From Gammaproteobacteria bacterium (lineage in GTDB: Bacteria > Pseudomonadota > Gammaproteobacteria > UBA12402), in assembly GCA_018812595.1 (NCBI GenBank), contig JAHJDF010000092.1, forward strand, positions 1-60,962: a stretch of DNA of 60,962 bases, read 5' to 3'. Numbering within the stretch: position 1 is the first letter of the stretch; every line of letters begins with the position of its first letter. Below, one piece after another: positions 7,698-17,021 of this stretch. The notes under the pieces are model-generated. The model ran no database searches and was not told the DNA's origin. It saw only the letters and a list, made by a program, of their open reading frames with translations. The translations under genes were made by a program, and so were the position numbers.

Positions 7698-10600
7698 TTA
7701 TCCCAAATGTTTCGCGTTGGGATCTTTGGCGTATGCGGCAAGAATTTCTTCAACCAATTGATCGATCACGCTGAGTGAATCGACTTCTTCGATAAATCCT
7801 TTTTCTTCTTTCATCGTAGACATACGTGTTTCAATCAAAGGACGAACTGTGCCTGTAGGAAATAAATTCGCTAACACTCTTCTGGCTTCCGCTGGATTCA
7901 AACGTTTGTATAGTTTGTTACGCAAACTGGCATCTTCAGCGGTAGTGCTCAATGCCCACAATTCAATGGGACCGATGGTGTTTGTTAATAGCTGGGTGTT
8001 GAGCCCATATTTCGTAGCGAATTGCGCTAAGAATGTAGAACCACCCGCGCGAGGGCCATGCACTCTTGTTTTTAATGCATATTTAGCGGTTTCAGATAAT
8101 CCGAACACTTCTGACGAACGTTCGATAGCGCTTAAAGGACCGGCATCCATAATGAAAACGCTGGTGGCGAATTCAACCATGACACTGTCAAAGTCATCTA
8201 ACGATTGAGAAATCAAAGCAATTTGCACATTCCATTTACGACCTTCACGCATATCCGTAACGACTTGTTCTCGAATAGCTTGTGCACGCGCCGTACGATG
8301 GAATTCGTCATAAACCAAACGCTTTGGATCTTCTCGAATTTCTATAATTCTTTCTCTGTGGTAGCTCTGATACTGCTCCAACATGTCTGCAACGTTGTCT
8401 TCTGTCAGGTAATAATGTCGTGCCAAAACATAACGGGCCAACATATACATCACCGCTGTTTGACGATCTGCAGCATCTCCACCACTCTTAGCAACTTCAT
8501 CCAAATCTAGAGAAACAATACGCCCATCACCAATATCAAAACGTGTCACCCAGGAAAGAATAGGGTATTCACGCACGGCACTAGAAATCATTCGACTAAA
8601 GGTTAGGACTAAAGATTCACCTGTTGGAGCCTTCACTTGACCATACAAATCTTCGATTGCCTGTGCACGACAAATGGAAGCAACGTCCGGTAATAGAGGC
8701 ATTGCGTAACGCTGCGCTAATGTGGCTTCATGTACGAAACCTGCAACGAACAAAGCATCAGTGACTTCCCACCACGTCGTGTGTTCATCGCGGACAAATC
8801 CAATTTCCGCCAAGATGCCATCGACAATCGTTTCAATACCTGGGGTATAAACGCGAGGGCTTTCTTCGTCTGAGAAATTTTTATATAGCTCATCAACAAC
8901 AATACCCGCCATATCTGTAATCCCATCGTATGGCTTTAATGAGCCTAACGGGGTCGCAAGCAATGTTAAGAAATTCACTAAAAAGCTACGTTCTTGTGCC
9001 GTTGGGTGGCGGCAACCTAATTGGGTATCAAAAGGATTGATGGCGTAATCAGGAGTCATTTGTAACCGATAGTAAGCAGCTTCGTGTTTACGAGCGGACG
9101 GCAAGGCTTCTTGTAACAAAGAGACCAATCCACTACTCGATGGACCAATATCAATAATCGCTATGTGTGGTAAACGTTTGATACCAGCCGCCAAACACAA
9201 CCCCAAGTTGATGGTATTGGATAAGACAGATTTACCTGAACCTGGTCGTGCATAAAACAGGTCAATCCATGTGGTTTGTTGGCTAGAGCCAGGTTGATAC
9301 GGCCAGGGTTTTCCATCAGGTGAACGTAATAACACAGCGCCATATGTCCACGGAGAAGAAGGCCTGGTAATAGGCATCATATAAACAACATCCGTCAAAG
9401 GAGCGACAGAGCTGGTAGCAACGGTATTCGTCGTCACAGCTAACATGCTGGAAACTGCTCCGGCAAACGCATCTCCAGAAATTTCAGAAACCTCACAAGA
9501 ACCCCAACCTTCAACCGCTCGCGCTAACTCGGCCAATCGAGTTCTTAAAACTTCTTCAGAACCCACCGGCGCCCAAGTCGACAAAGAGACACGTAATCGA
9601 ACGACTGCTTCGTCAGTATTCGTGTCCAAATAAACTAATGCATTCTTAGCATCGCTTAACAATCGATTTTGTTGTGATGCAAAACTCAAAATAGCCGCAA
9701 CAGTGGCTTTAAATTTGATAGAAGAAAGCCCATCAGACTCTAGAAAAAACGAGATGCGCCATGGAATTTGTGACGGAAGGATGCGGTTAAATAAATGAAT
9801 GAAAGATTTCACTTCTTGTGGAAATAAATCGATAAACAAAGAAGCATAAACCTTGTCTCCGATGCGACACGTTCTAAGGTCTAAATTTTCAGCATCCCTT
9901 GGCAAAATTTGTTTCGACAATGGAGGCCACAACACTCCAGACAATTCACCAGAAAGTCTTTGCATGTTTCTAATTGGAATTTTGTCACCCGGCAAAACTG
10001 CTCGCCAATCTGCAGCCGTAAAATCCGAATCTGCGCTTGAACGAATCGCAGCAACGGCGTCATGCACTTCAAGCAATTTCACGTCTAACGACAACGTTTC
10101 AAAATCATTGAAAATAGAACGGACAAATGAAGAATGTTGATCACGCATTTCTGGATAGGCGGCAACAATATCTTGTGCATTTTTTATGGATGGAATTTTG
10201 TTCTTTCTAACAGCTACTAATTTGTCATTGACTGCTTGCTTCCTTTGTTCCGCAGATAAAACAAAAGGACGAGTCCACAAAACGAAATACATTTTTTCGT
10301 GGCCGCAGTAATGTGACACATAGTTAACGTGTTCATCTAACAGATCATTTAGTTTTAATTCTAAACGGCTGGCGGTTTCACGCGCTGGAAGCAAGATCGA
10401 CTCTATTTCTCGTTGGACCGCATCTTTATCGTAGGTAAAGAAACATTGAATCGCGTGTCCAAAACGCTTCAAACTAGGACGTAAAGCAAGACTCACTCCT
10501 TCGTGCAAACGATCGAATTCTTCACGGCCCAAAAGATGCGTAATTCCTTTTACCTCAATCAACGACACCAAGGATCCATCATGGGCAACTAATGTATAGG

Positions 10601-10715
10601 TATCGTCTGCTGTTTCTAGATCGCAATAAGAAGCATTTGTTTCTTTCAATCCCGTGCTTAACCAAGCAAGGAAAGTATCGATCGTGTCAAAAAAAGCTTC
10701 TTTGAAGTTACTCAT
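7698..10715 (-). CDS. icmB: Dot/Icm T4BSS ATPase IcmB/DotO
   Basis: About 1005 aa. It has a Walker A-like motif ARPGSGKS. The N-terminus FFDTIDTFLAWLSTGLKE resembles Legionella IcmB. It is the last gene after icmJ, as in Legionella region II. The ATG at 10715 is preferred; the track start at 10739 is a TTG. Confidence 0.88.
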   Translation of the reverse strand: MSNFKEAFFDTIDTFLAWLSTGLKETNASYCDLETADDTYTLVAHDGSLVSLIEVKGITHLLGREEFDRLHEGVSLALRPSLKRFGHAIQCFFTYDKDAVQREIESILLPARETASRLELKLNDLLDEHVNYVSHYCGHEKMYFVLWTRPFVLSAEQRKQAVNDKLVAVRKNKIPSIKNAQDIVAAYPEMRDQHSSFVRSIFNDFETLSLDVKLLEVHDAVAAIRSSADSDFTAADWRAVLPGDKIPIRNMQRLSGELSGVLWPPLSKQILPRDAENLDLRTCRIGDKVYASLFIDLFPQEVKSFIHLFNRILPSQIPWRISFFLESDGLSSIKFKATVAAILSFASQQNRLLSDAKNALVYLDTNTDEAVVRLRVSLSTWAPVGSEEVLRTRLAELARAVEGWGSCEVSEISGDAFAGAVSSMLAVTTNTVATSSVAPLTDVVYMMPITRPSSPWTYGAVLLRSPDGKPWPYQPGSSQQTTWIDLFYARPGSGKSVLSNTINLGLCLAAGIKRLPHIAIIDIGPSSSGLVSLLQEALPSARKHEAAYYRLQMTPDYAINPFDTQLGCRHPTAQERSFLVNFLTLLATPLGSLKPYDGITDMAGIVVDELYKNFSDEESPRVYTPGIETIVDGILAEIGFVRDEHTTWWEVTDALFVAGFVHEATLAQRYAMPLLPDVASICRAQAIEDLYGQVKAPTGESLVLTFSRMISSAVREYPILSWVTRFDIGDGRIVSLDLDEVAKSGGDAADRQTAVMYMLARYVLARHYYLTEDNVADMLEQYQSYHRERIIEIREDPKRLVYDEFHRTARAQAIREQVVTDMREGRKWNVQIALISQSLDDFDSVMVEFATSVFIMDAGPLSAIERSSEVFGLSETAKYALKTRVHGPRAGGSTFLAQFATKYGLNTQLLTNTIGPIELWALSTTAEDASLRNKLYKRLNPAEARRVLANLFPTGTVRPLIETRMSTMKEEKGFIEEVDSLSVIDQLVEEILAAYAKDPNAKHLG

Positions 10716-10722
10716 GAATTCA

Positions 10723-11340
10723 TCATCCAGCTGATGCAAGTTCCTCTGCAGCGGAAGCAGCCCATCGGTCTAACTGCGTCTTAAATTTCGCGTAAGATGG
10801 AAGCAAGCGTAAATCCTTTAACAATAAGTCGGCAATCTCTTTACGTTCCCCTCCTTCATACTCCAACACCATTTGCCCAAAAATATTTGGGTTGCTGGTT
10901 TCAGAGCCAAATTTATCTTCGACAACCGGAGAACGATTTTTTAATTCTCGATAAACTGTTTGTGCCGTATCTCGATAACCCGTTCCATTAACCATCGCGC
11001 AAAAAATAACATGGCAAAAACTATTTAATTCCACTTGATTCATTTCGGGTAAATAAATCAATTGGCCACCGCCGTAACCCGTTTTTCCAACAGACTCAAT
11101 AAAAGAACACTGCGCACAAAAACAACAGGCTGTAGCAAGATTATCTAATCTATTATTACGATAGTTCTGATCTAAATTAATTACTTCTTGATATTCACGC
11201 GCCTGAAAACCACAGAACTGACAAGCATATTGATCCCTTGCAAAAACCCTATCACGCAGCGGTCGAAAAGCAGGATCTACTCTTCGACGCGCATAGAGTT
11301 GCCAATTTTCAGGGCTGATAATTAGCTTTAATGGATACAT
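10723..11340 (-). CDS. icmJ: Dot/Icm protein IcmJ/DotN (Cys-rich zinc-binding)
   Basis: 205 aa. It has Cys clusters (CQFCG..., CCFCAQC). Size and position between icmD and icmB match the Legionella gene. Confidence 0.82.
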   Translation of the reverse strand: MYPLKLIISPENWQLYARRRVDPAFRPLRDRVFARDQYACQFCGFQAREYQEVINLDQNYRNNRLDNLATACCFCAQCSFIESVGKTGYGGGQLIYLPEMNQVELNSFCHVIFCAMVNGTGYRDTAQTVYRELKNRSPVVEDKFGSETSNPNIFGQMVLEYEGGERKEIADLLLKDLRLLPSYAKFKTQLDRWAASAAEELASAG

Positions 11341-11344
11341 ATAC

Positions 11345-11731
11345 CTAAATACTTGTAGTGCCGCTTACACCAGCTTCTGTAGGTGTCGTTCCAAAAATGG
11401 TCATGCCCGCGGCTTTAAACACTGAAGGCAAGAACAACATTGCGGCAGCAATGAATAAAAGAGCAATAGGAGTTCCAAGAGGTACGGCCTGCGCATTATC
11501 TTTATGCGCTTTAAATTTAAGAATCGCGCCAATAGCAAACCCTAACCCCGCAATAAATGAACCTGCTGTAATTAGTTTCGCAATGTTTGAGAAACTAGCT
11601 TGGACATTTCCTGCAATTGAGCCCAAGGTCAGATCGCTTTGAGCAAAAGCAAAACTGACATAAAAACAACTAACTGCGCTTACAAATAATAAAATTGATT
11701 TTATTAGCGTGTAACGCTCTATTTTTTTCAT
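11345..11731 (-). CDS. icmD: Dot/Icm inner-membrane protein IcmD/DotP
   Basis: 128 aa, a small multi-TM protein. The call rests on size and on its position between icmC and icmJ. Confidence 0.65.
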   Translation of the reverse strand: MKKIERYTLIKSILLFVSAVSCFYVSFAFAQSDLTLGSIAGNVQASFSNIAKLITAGSFIAGLGFAIGAILKFKAHKDNAQAVPLGTPIALLFIAAAMLFLPSVFKAAGMTIFGTTPTEAGVSGTTSI

Positions 11732-11797
11732 GAGTCTTCTCCTTATATAAAATCTTGTTCCAAAATTTCAGTACAAAAGCCTAGTAATTTACACAGA

Positions 11798-12325
11798 TTA
11801 ACCACCACCTGACGCAAGGCCTAATGACGATTCAACAATCAACCAAGTACCAAAAATATTAATTGCTAATAAGCCACCAATAATATGAGCCATGGCTTTA
11901 GAAAGCCCTCCGCCACGAGAACCTTCTTGATAAATATTTGCTAACAACATCCATCCGCGAATAAATGCAATAAACCCTATAAATTGAATCACATGGCCAC
12001 ACACTTTAATTAGATCAGTGTAATCCGATTCCTTTTGATAGCTATATGGCGTCACTGTTGAAGTTCTATATACAGTCTCCATCAAAGAATGATAAATGTC
12101 TGGCCAATACAACAAGACCGTAGCTGTTAATAAACAAACTAACGGTTTACGAATATCTGGCGACTTCTGTGAAGCAAAACCTTCTCCATATTCTTTAAAT
12201 AAAAATAAGCTGCGAACTGCGAAAAAGATACCTGCAAGATAAGTAGCTCCTGTCACAAAACGCCATAACTCTGGCAAGTTTTGCTCAAGACCAATCAGCA
12301 TTGAATGAAATGACGGAAGCGCCAT
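11798..12325 (-). CDS. icmC: Dot/Icm inner-membrane protein IcmC/DotE
   Basis: 175 aa multi-TM protein. The call rests on synteny between icmG and icmD. Confidence 0.65.
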   Translation of the reverse strand: MALPSFHSMLIGLEQNLPELWRFVTGATYLAGIFFAVRSLFLFKEYGEGFASQKSPDIRKPLVCLLTATVLLYWPDIYHSLMETVYRTSTVTPYSYQKESDYTDLIKVCGHVIQFIGFIAFIRGWMLLANIYQEGSRGGGLSKAMAHIIGGLLAINIFGTWLIVESSLGLASGGG

Positions 12326-12339
12326 ATCGAAATCCTATT

Positions 12340-13257
12340 TTAATTCAGTCCGTATTGAATGCTGATACCAGAACTTGTTGACAATTTTCCACTAAAAGCA
12401 TCAATGCCTGTCACACGTCCATACCCAGGAACTGAATCGCCAACAGTCACTGACATCGAAGAACCATCTGCGGCTTGAACCCAAGCTCTTCCAGGAATAA
12501 CTGCTTTCACAAAATAACGTTTAGACGCACGAACAGCCTTTGCTCTACGAGCAGCCTGTGTTGCACGATAACGTGCAATAGCACGATTTCTTGCTTTCTC
12601 CGCTTTAACTTGATCCGCCAAATTCGCAATTGCTTCATGCAAATGATTAATGTTGTCGGATAAGCCATTTACTTGTTGATTAACTTGTTGATTCAAACCA
12701 GCCAGTTGTTTTTGACTCGCTTGTAGTTGTTTTTTGAGCTCCGTAAGCAGTTGCTCATTCATTTTTTGGCCCTGCATTAATTGCTGTTGCTGATCGGCAC
12801 TAACTCCAAACACCTCTTTATTCTGAGAATTAGATTGATCCAGTTGCATAGGAGGAACAGTTTGAACAGCTTCTTCTGACGGCTTCTTTGTTGCTTGCGC
12901 TGTAGCTTGTATCTTTTGTGCTGAAGCAGTTAAGTCTTCTGCAATTTTTTGCTCTTCTACTTTTGATTTTGAAACTTCGGCAGTTGCTTTAATAACAGGC
13001 TGCGTATGCTTCATCGTCAACATCGGGACAAAAACTTTGTAAACGACCAATACAGCCAAAACAATAACAACAAACCAAATAATGATCTTCTTTAACCGAC
13101 TGCCTCCAGAATTTGGTAAAGATTTCTTCGATTGAGATTTTTCTTCAGATACAGAGGGCTCATTATCATTTTCCTCGTCAAACACGTTATTGACGTCTTC
13201 AGTCTCATTTAACTGATATTCTGTATCGTCGTTATCGTAGTATGGATCTCTCACCAT
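12340..13257 (-). CDS. icmG: Dot/Icm core-complex protein IcmG/DotF
   Basis: 305 aa. It has an acidic N-terminus, a single TM segment (IIIWFVVIVLAVLVVYKVFV), a Q-rich coiled coil and a C-terminal beta domain. Its position downstream of icmE matches. Confidence 0.7.
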   Translation of the reverse strand: MVRDPYYDNDDTEYQLNETEDVNNVFDEENDNEPSVSEEKSQSKKSLPNSGGSRLKKIIIWFVVIVLAVLVVYKVFVPMLTMKHTQPVIKATAEVSKSKVEEQKIAEDLTASAQKIQATAQATKKPSEEAVQTVPPMQLDQSNSQNKEVFGVSADQQQQLMQGQKMNEQLLTELKKQLQASQKQLAGLNQQVNQQVNGLSDNINHLHEAIANLADQVKAEKARNRAIARYRATQAARRAKAVRASKRYFVKAVIPGRAWVQAADGSSMSVTVGDSVPGYGRVTGIDAFSGKLSTSSGISIQYGLN

Positions 13258-13276
13258 AATCTCCTGCTCCTATTAC

Positions 13277-15205
13277 TTAAGACGGTTGTTCAACGGGTTC
13301 CATAAATAGGATACCGATCCCCACCCCTGCATCAACTGTCACCGTCGGATTTCTATCAAAATACTTTTTAGTAGCATTACTTAATGCTTTTCCAACTTCT
13401 CCTAAACCAACAAACAGTTTCTCTTTTGCCGAAAGATTCGGATTATTGGTAGTAGTTGTCCCTGAATTAGTCGTGGTCGTTTGTCCTGAACTTTCTACAG
13501 CATTCGCATAACCTTTAATAAAATTAGCTGCGAACAGCGCTCCATAACGAGAGAGATAATGATGATCCACATCGCTCGCTATTGCTGTATGTGCCGTATC
13601 CGGATTAATGGCGAACGCATTTATTCGTACTGCCGATGGCCATTGCGGCAAAGTCAGTAAATTAAATTTTAAAACCACTCGCTCATGATCTGAGGTAACT
13701 GATAAACCACCTAATAATTTCGCGCCTTTCAACTTGCCAGACACAATGGTCGCCATCACAGGTTGAGGACGATCACTGTTCACACCCGTATCCAGAACAG
13801 CAAACATAATGTCGCCCACTTGCACTACAGGATATTGCGTACTGCCTTGCTTATTTGATCCTTCTTCGCCTGTCACTTTTGAAGCGTTATCAGAGGCGCC
13901 TTTTGTTTTTCCTGTTGATTCATAAACAAAATGCTGTGGACGAGGATTCCAAGCGCTTACCAATTTTTTCGCTTGCGAATTCATTGCACTTTGCAATTCT
14001 TTCAATGTTTTTTGAGTATCAGCCGCCTGAGTAGCTGCTAATTTCGCTTGTGCCTGCATTGCTTGACGTTGCATCTCTGCCTCTTGTTCTCGCAATGCAC
14101 GCTCTTGCTGTTGCTCCTGAGCTTGAATAAAACTTTTAGGAACGTTTTTAGTTGTTACAGAGATATCCCCATGTTCTGCTCTGTAAGCTTTTAATAATTG
14201 CTGTGCGACAATGGGTGATAATTCCCCACCTTCTATTAATCCATTCAACTTTGAAGCGAACTGATTTGCAGGAACATTGTTGTCAGAAAGTTCTTTTAAA
14301 ATATTTGCTGCTGTTTGAGACAGCTTTCCTTGGCTTAATAACTGATGGAGTAACGCATCCGTGGATCCAGTAGGAACAATTTCCTGAGCAGCGGGTTGCT
14401 GTGTTTGTTCAGCAACGATGCCTTGTTCTTTTTTATAAGCAGCAGAAAGTTGATTCACCTGATCTGACGTTAATTGCCCTGCTTGTCCTAAACGATTCAA
14501 GGTATCTGCATAGGTAGAAACGGGGGCTTTTTCATGAATAAGCTTACGAAGCTGGCCAGCCACAACAGAATTAACATTGCCTTGAGCAAGCATCGTATTA
14601 ACTAAATCATTAGAAGAAAGACCGCTTGAAGCGGCTTGTTCTGTTTTATAAGCATCCAACAAAGCTTTTGCTTGTTCAGGAGTGAGCTTGCCCGCATTAA
14701 CAAGTTTATTTAACTCGTCTGCAAATTGATCTACAGAAACGCCAGCATCTCGTAGTTGGTTAATCTGTGAAGCGGTAAGTTGTTGCATCTCTCCCGCTTT
14801 TACATAAGCGTTCAACAACCCCGTAGTGTTGTTTACATAACACTGTTGTACTTTGTCACAAAAATCAGATTGGTTTTTCGTGGTCGTGGAAGATGAAGCA
14901 GAGGTTTCTCCGGTAGCTACAAGTGATGGAATATCGCTGGACCCTTTCTTTATGGCTTGCTCCGAAGCAAGTTTGTCTGACTGTAATAACGCCTTTAGAT
15001 ACTCTGTCGATACGTTTTTTTCGCCGGGTTGTGATTGGATCTGTTGAGGGGGAGTAGCTATTTTTGCTTTCCCTTCTACCGGAACCTTTCCTTGTCTAAA
15101 CATATAGAGACCAACAAAGATAATAATTAAAAAGATTCCTGAAAGGATAATTACCGTATTACGGGTTTTACTACTTTGGAAAAAGCCTGAAAACTTAGCC
15201 ATCAT
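13277..15205 (-). CDS. icmE: Dot/Icm core-complex protein IcmE/DotG (VirB10-like C-terminal domain)
   Basis: 642 aa. It has an N-terminal TM segment, three helical repeats of about 63 aa, a Q/A-rich coiled coil and a TrbI/VirB10-like C-terminus (GDIMFAVLDTGVNSD...). It lies between icmK and icmG, and its start overlaps the icmK stop. Confidence 0.85.
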   Translation of the reverse strand: MMAKFSGFFQSSKTRNTVIILSGIFLIIIFVGLYMFRQGKVPVEGKAKIATPPQQIQSQPGEKNVSTEYLKALLQSDKLASEQAIKKGSSDIPSLVATGETSASSSTTTKNQSDFCDKVQQCYVNNTTGLLNAYVKAGEMQQLTASQINQLRDAGVSVDQFADELNKLVNAGKLTPEQAKALLDAYKTEQAASSGLSSNDLVNTMLAQGNVNSVVAGQLRKLIHEKAPVSTYADTLNRLGQAGQLTSDQVNQLSAAYKKEQGIVAEQTQQPAAQEIVPTGSTDALLHQLLSQGKLSQTAANILKELSDNNVPANQFASKLNGLIEGGELSPIVAQQLLKAYRAEHGDISVTTKNVPKSFIQAQEQQQERALREQEAEMQRQAMQAQAKLAATQAADTQKTLKELQSAMNSQAKKLVSAWNPRPQHFVYESTGKTKGASDNASKVTGEEGSNKQGSTQYPVVQVGDIMFAVLDTGVNSDRPQPVMATIVSGKLKGAKLLGGLSVTSDHERVVLKFNLLTLPQWPSAVRINAFAINPDTAHTAIASDVDHHYLSRYGALFAANFIKGYANAVESSGQTTTTNSGTTTTNNPNLSAKEKLFVGLGEVGKALSNATKKYFDRNPTVTVDAGVGIGILFMEPVEQPS

Positions 15206-16173
15206 TCGCTCTCTATATGAAGTTCAACTGGTTTTCCATTCTGCGAAACCAAGACAGTAGGGCTCATTGCCATCTCATAGGCCTTGGTCCCATCAGGACT
15301 TTGAACAACAGAAATCCAGCTCGGTGATAACACATTAAATTTTGTTCTGAGATACATTGTCTTGTCCACCAACCAGGCGTCACCAGCACCAGCACCACCC
15401 TCAACCTGCAACACGGCCGCTCCTTTTGGAGGAATTCCGTTCAGCACATTCAATAAAACGCTATTTACCGAGGAAGGGGCTTGATTAGCAATCATCGGAT
15501 TTGCATTTGGACCAAGTGCTTGAATTCTTAAATCAATTCTATAGTCCACTACTTTTTGCCCCGGCACTAATGTCAACATCACAGGGGTTGAAAGCCCTTG
15601 CAATTTCACAGCCAAATTGCCGTAGGTATACATACTGATTGCCTGAATCATTAATGTGTTTGTATGGCGCTGCCACTGGATATTAAATGCATTGGAATTT
15701 CCCAAATCGTAAGCTTCGATTGGCCAGTCTGCTCCTGTGCTATCGACAAACACCACCGATGTAACAAAACCTTGTTGTAAACGAATCACAGGGGGAACTG
15801 CACCCGGAGATAAATTAACCACCTGCGTACTTAGTGTTGGTTTGGGAGGAATTTCTGAAGAAGTAGCGGCCGCACGCTGAGTAACCGACAACATTTTTTT
15901 CAATCGAACAATTTGCGCGGGACTTAATGGCATTGCTTGGGTGGTTACATTTTCAAATGCTTGATTCTGTAACGCACCTTCTCTATTTGAAAAAAGATTT
16001 TGTGGATCATATTTGCTTGCATGATGAGCGCTTGCTTGACTTGCAACCGGATTGACAGCAGTTAAAGCTAATTGCTGATCATTTCCCTGCGCAAAAACAC
16101 TCAGTGAACCAAAAAAGTATACAAATACAATTCGTATACTATTTTTTAAACAACGACGCATTTTTAAACTCAT
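15202..16173 (-). CDS. icmK: Dot/Icm outer-membrane core protein IcmK/DotH
   Basis: 323 aa with a signal peptide (…SLSVFAQG). It lies between icmL and icmE. Confidence 0.8.
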   Translation of the reverse strand: MSLKMRRCLKNSIRIVFVYFFGSLSVFAQGNDQQLALTAVNPVASQASAHHASKYDPQNLFSNREGALQNQAFENVTTQAMPLSPAQIVRLKKMLSVTQRAAATSSEIPPKPTLSTQVVNLSPGAVPPVIRLQQGFVTSVVFVDSTGADWPIEAYDLGNSNAFNIQWQRHTNTLMIQAISMYTYGNLAVKLQGLSTPVMLTLVPGQKVVDYRIDLRIQALGPNANPMIANQAPSSVNSVLLNVLNGIPPKGAAVLQVEGGAGAGDAWLVDKTMYLRTKFNVLSPSWISVVQSPDGTKAYEMAMSPTVLVSQNGKPVELHIESE

Positions 16174-16179
16174 AAAAAG

Positions 16180-16803
16180 TTATTGCAGCTCGGCCACATA
16201 AGACGAGATGCCTACTCCATATACATTATCTAATGTCGACACTCTTTCTACCGTTAACAGCACAAGATAATGCTGATCTATTGTTTCACTCTGGCTTTGA
16301 TAAGAAACAACCATCGGTAATTGTAATTTCCAAGTATAGCGTCCATGTATGACATAGCGATTCGTAATAATGGGAGCACCGGAAAGAACTGCGGACACAA
16401 CTATTTTTTTGTTTTGAACAGTTTCTAAATTTTTAGACGTGCTCAACGCTTTCATGAAGCTATCCCAACCAGGTGAAGTGAAATATTTTTCACTGGCCTG
16501 GAATGCGGAGCGGAAATTCACAAAATCATATGAGTTAACCGCAATAACTGCTTCACTCGCCCATTGCAAAACATCCTGAGAACTTAGATTAGGTCTATCC
16601 AAAGGAATTAAAGGAATAATTCGGCCCGAATCCGTTGTTGCAAAATACGTTGGAGAAGGCCGCTCTATAATTAAAACGAACACCGTTACCGCTAATGCCA
16701 CAATCAAAAACATAGCTATTAGTAAAGAAAATAAAACTTTCCTATAACTATCGCGATAAAAATTATTCCGATGTTTTACAATTTCTAACGCATCATACGG
16801 CAT
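16180..16803 (-). CDS. icmL: Dot/Icm inner-membrane protein IcmL/DotI
   Basis: 207 aa from the ATG at 16803, with a GAGGA RBS upstream. It has a single N-terminal TM segment plus a periplasmic domain, and sits upstream of icmK. Confidence 0.8.
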   Translation of the reverse strand: MPYDALEIVKHRNNFYRDSYRKVLFSLLIAMFLIVALAVTVFVLIIERPSPTYFATTDSGRIIPLIPLDRPNLSSQDVLQWASEAVIAVNSYDFVNFRSAFQASEKYFTSPGWDSFMKALSTSKNLETVQNKKIVVSAVLSGAPIITNRYVIHGRYTWKLQLPMVVSYQSQSETIDQHYLVLLTVERVSTLDNVYGVGISSYVAELQ

Positions 16804-17021
16804 GAATAATTCCTCAAAAAACACAACACATGATCGCACAAAAACTTACATTTACTGTGCCACTATAAGAGATCGACTATATATGAGTAACCTGAGTTGC
16901 TCAAGGCTGATTTGAAATGCTAAATATCAATAAAACCCCTAAAAAAACAGAGGGTAAGCGCTTCTTGGAAAAATTAAAAAAACCGAATTATTTGCCTATT
17001 AGAATAAAGAAAATCATGCAA

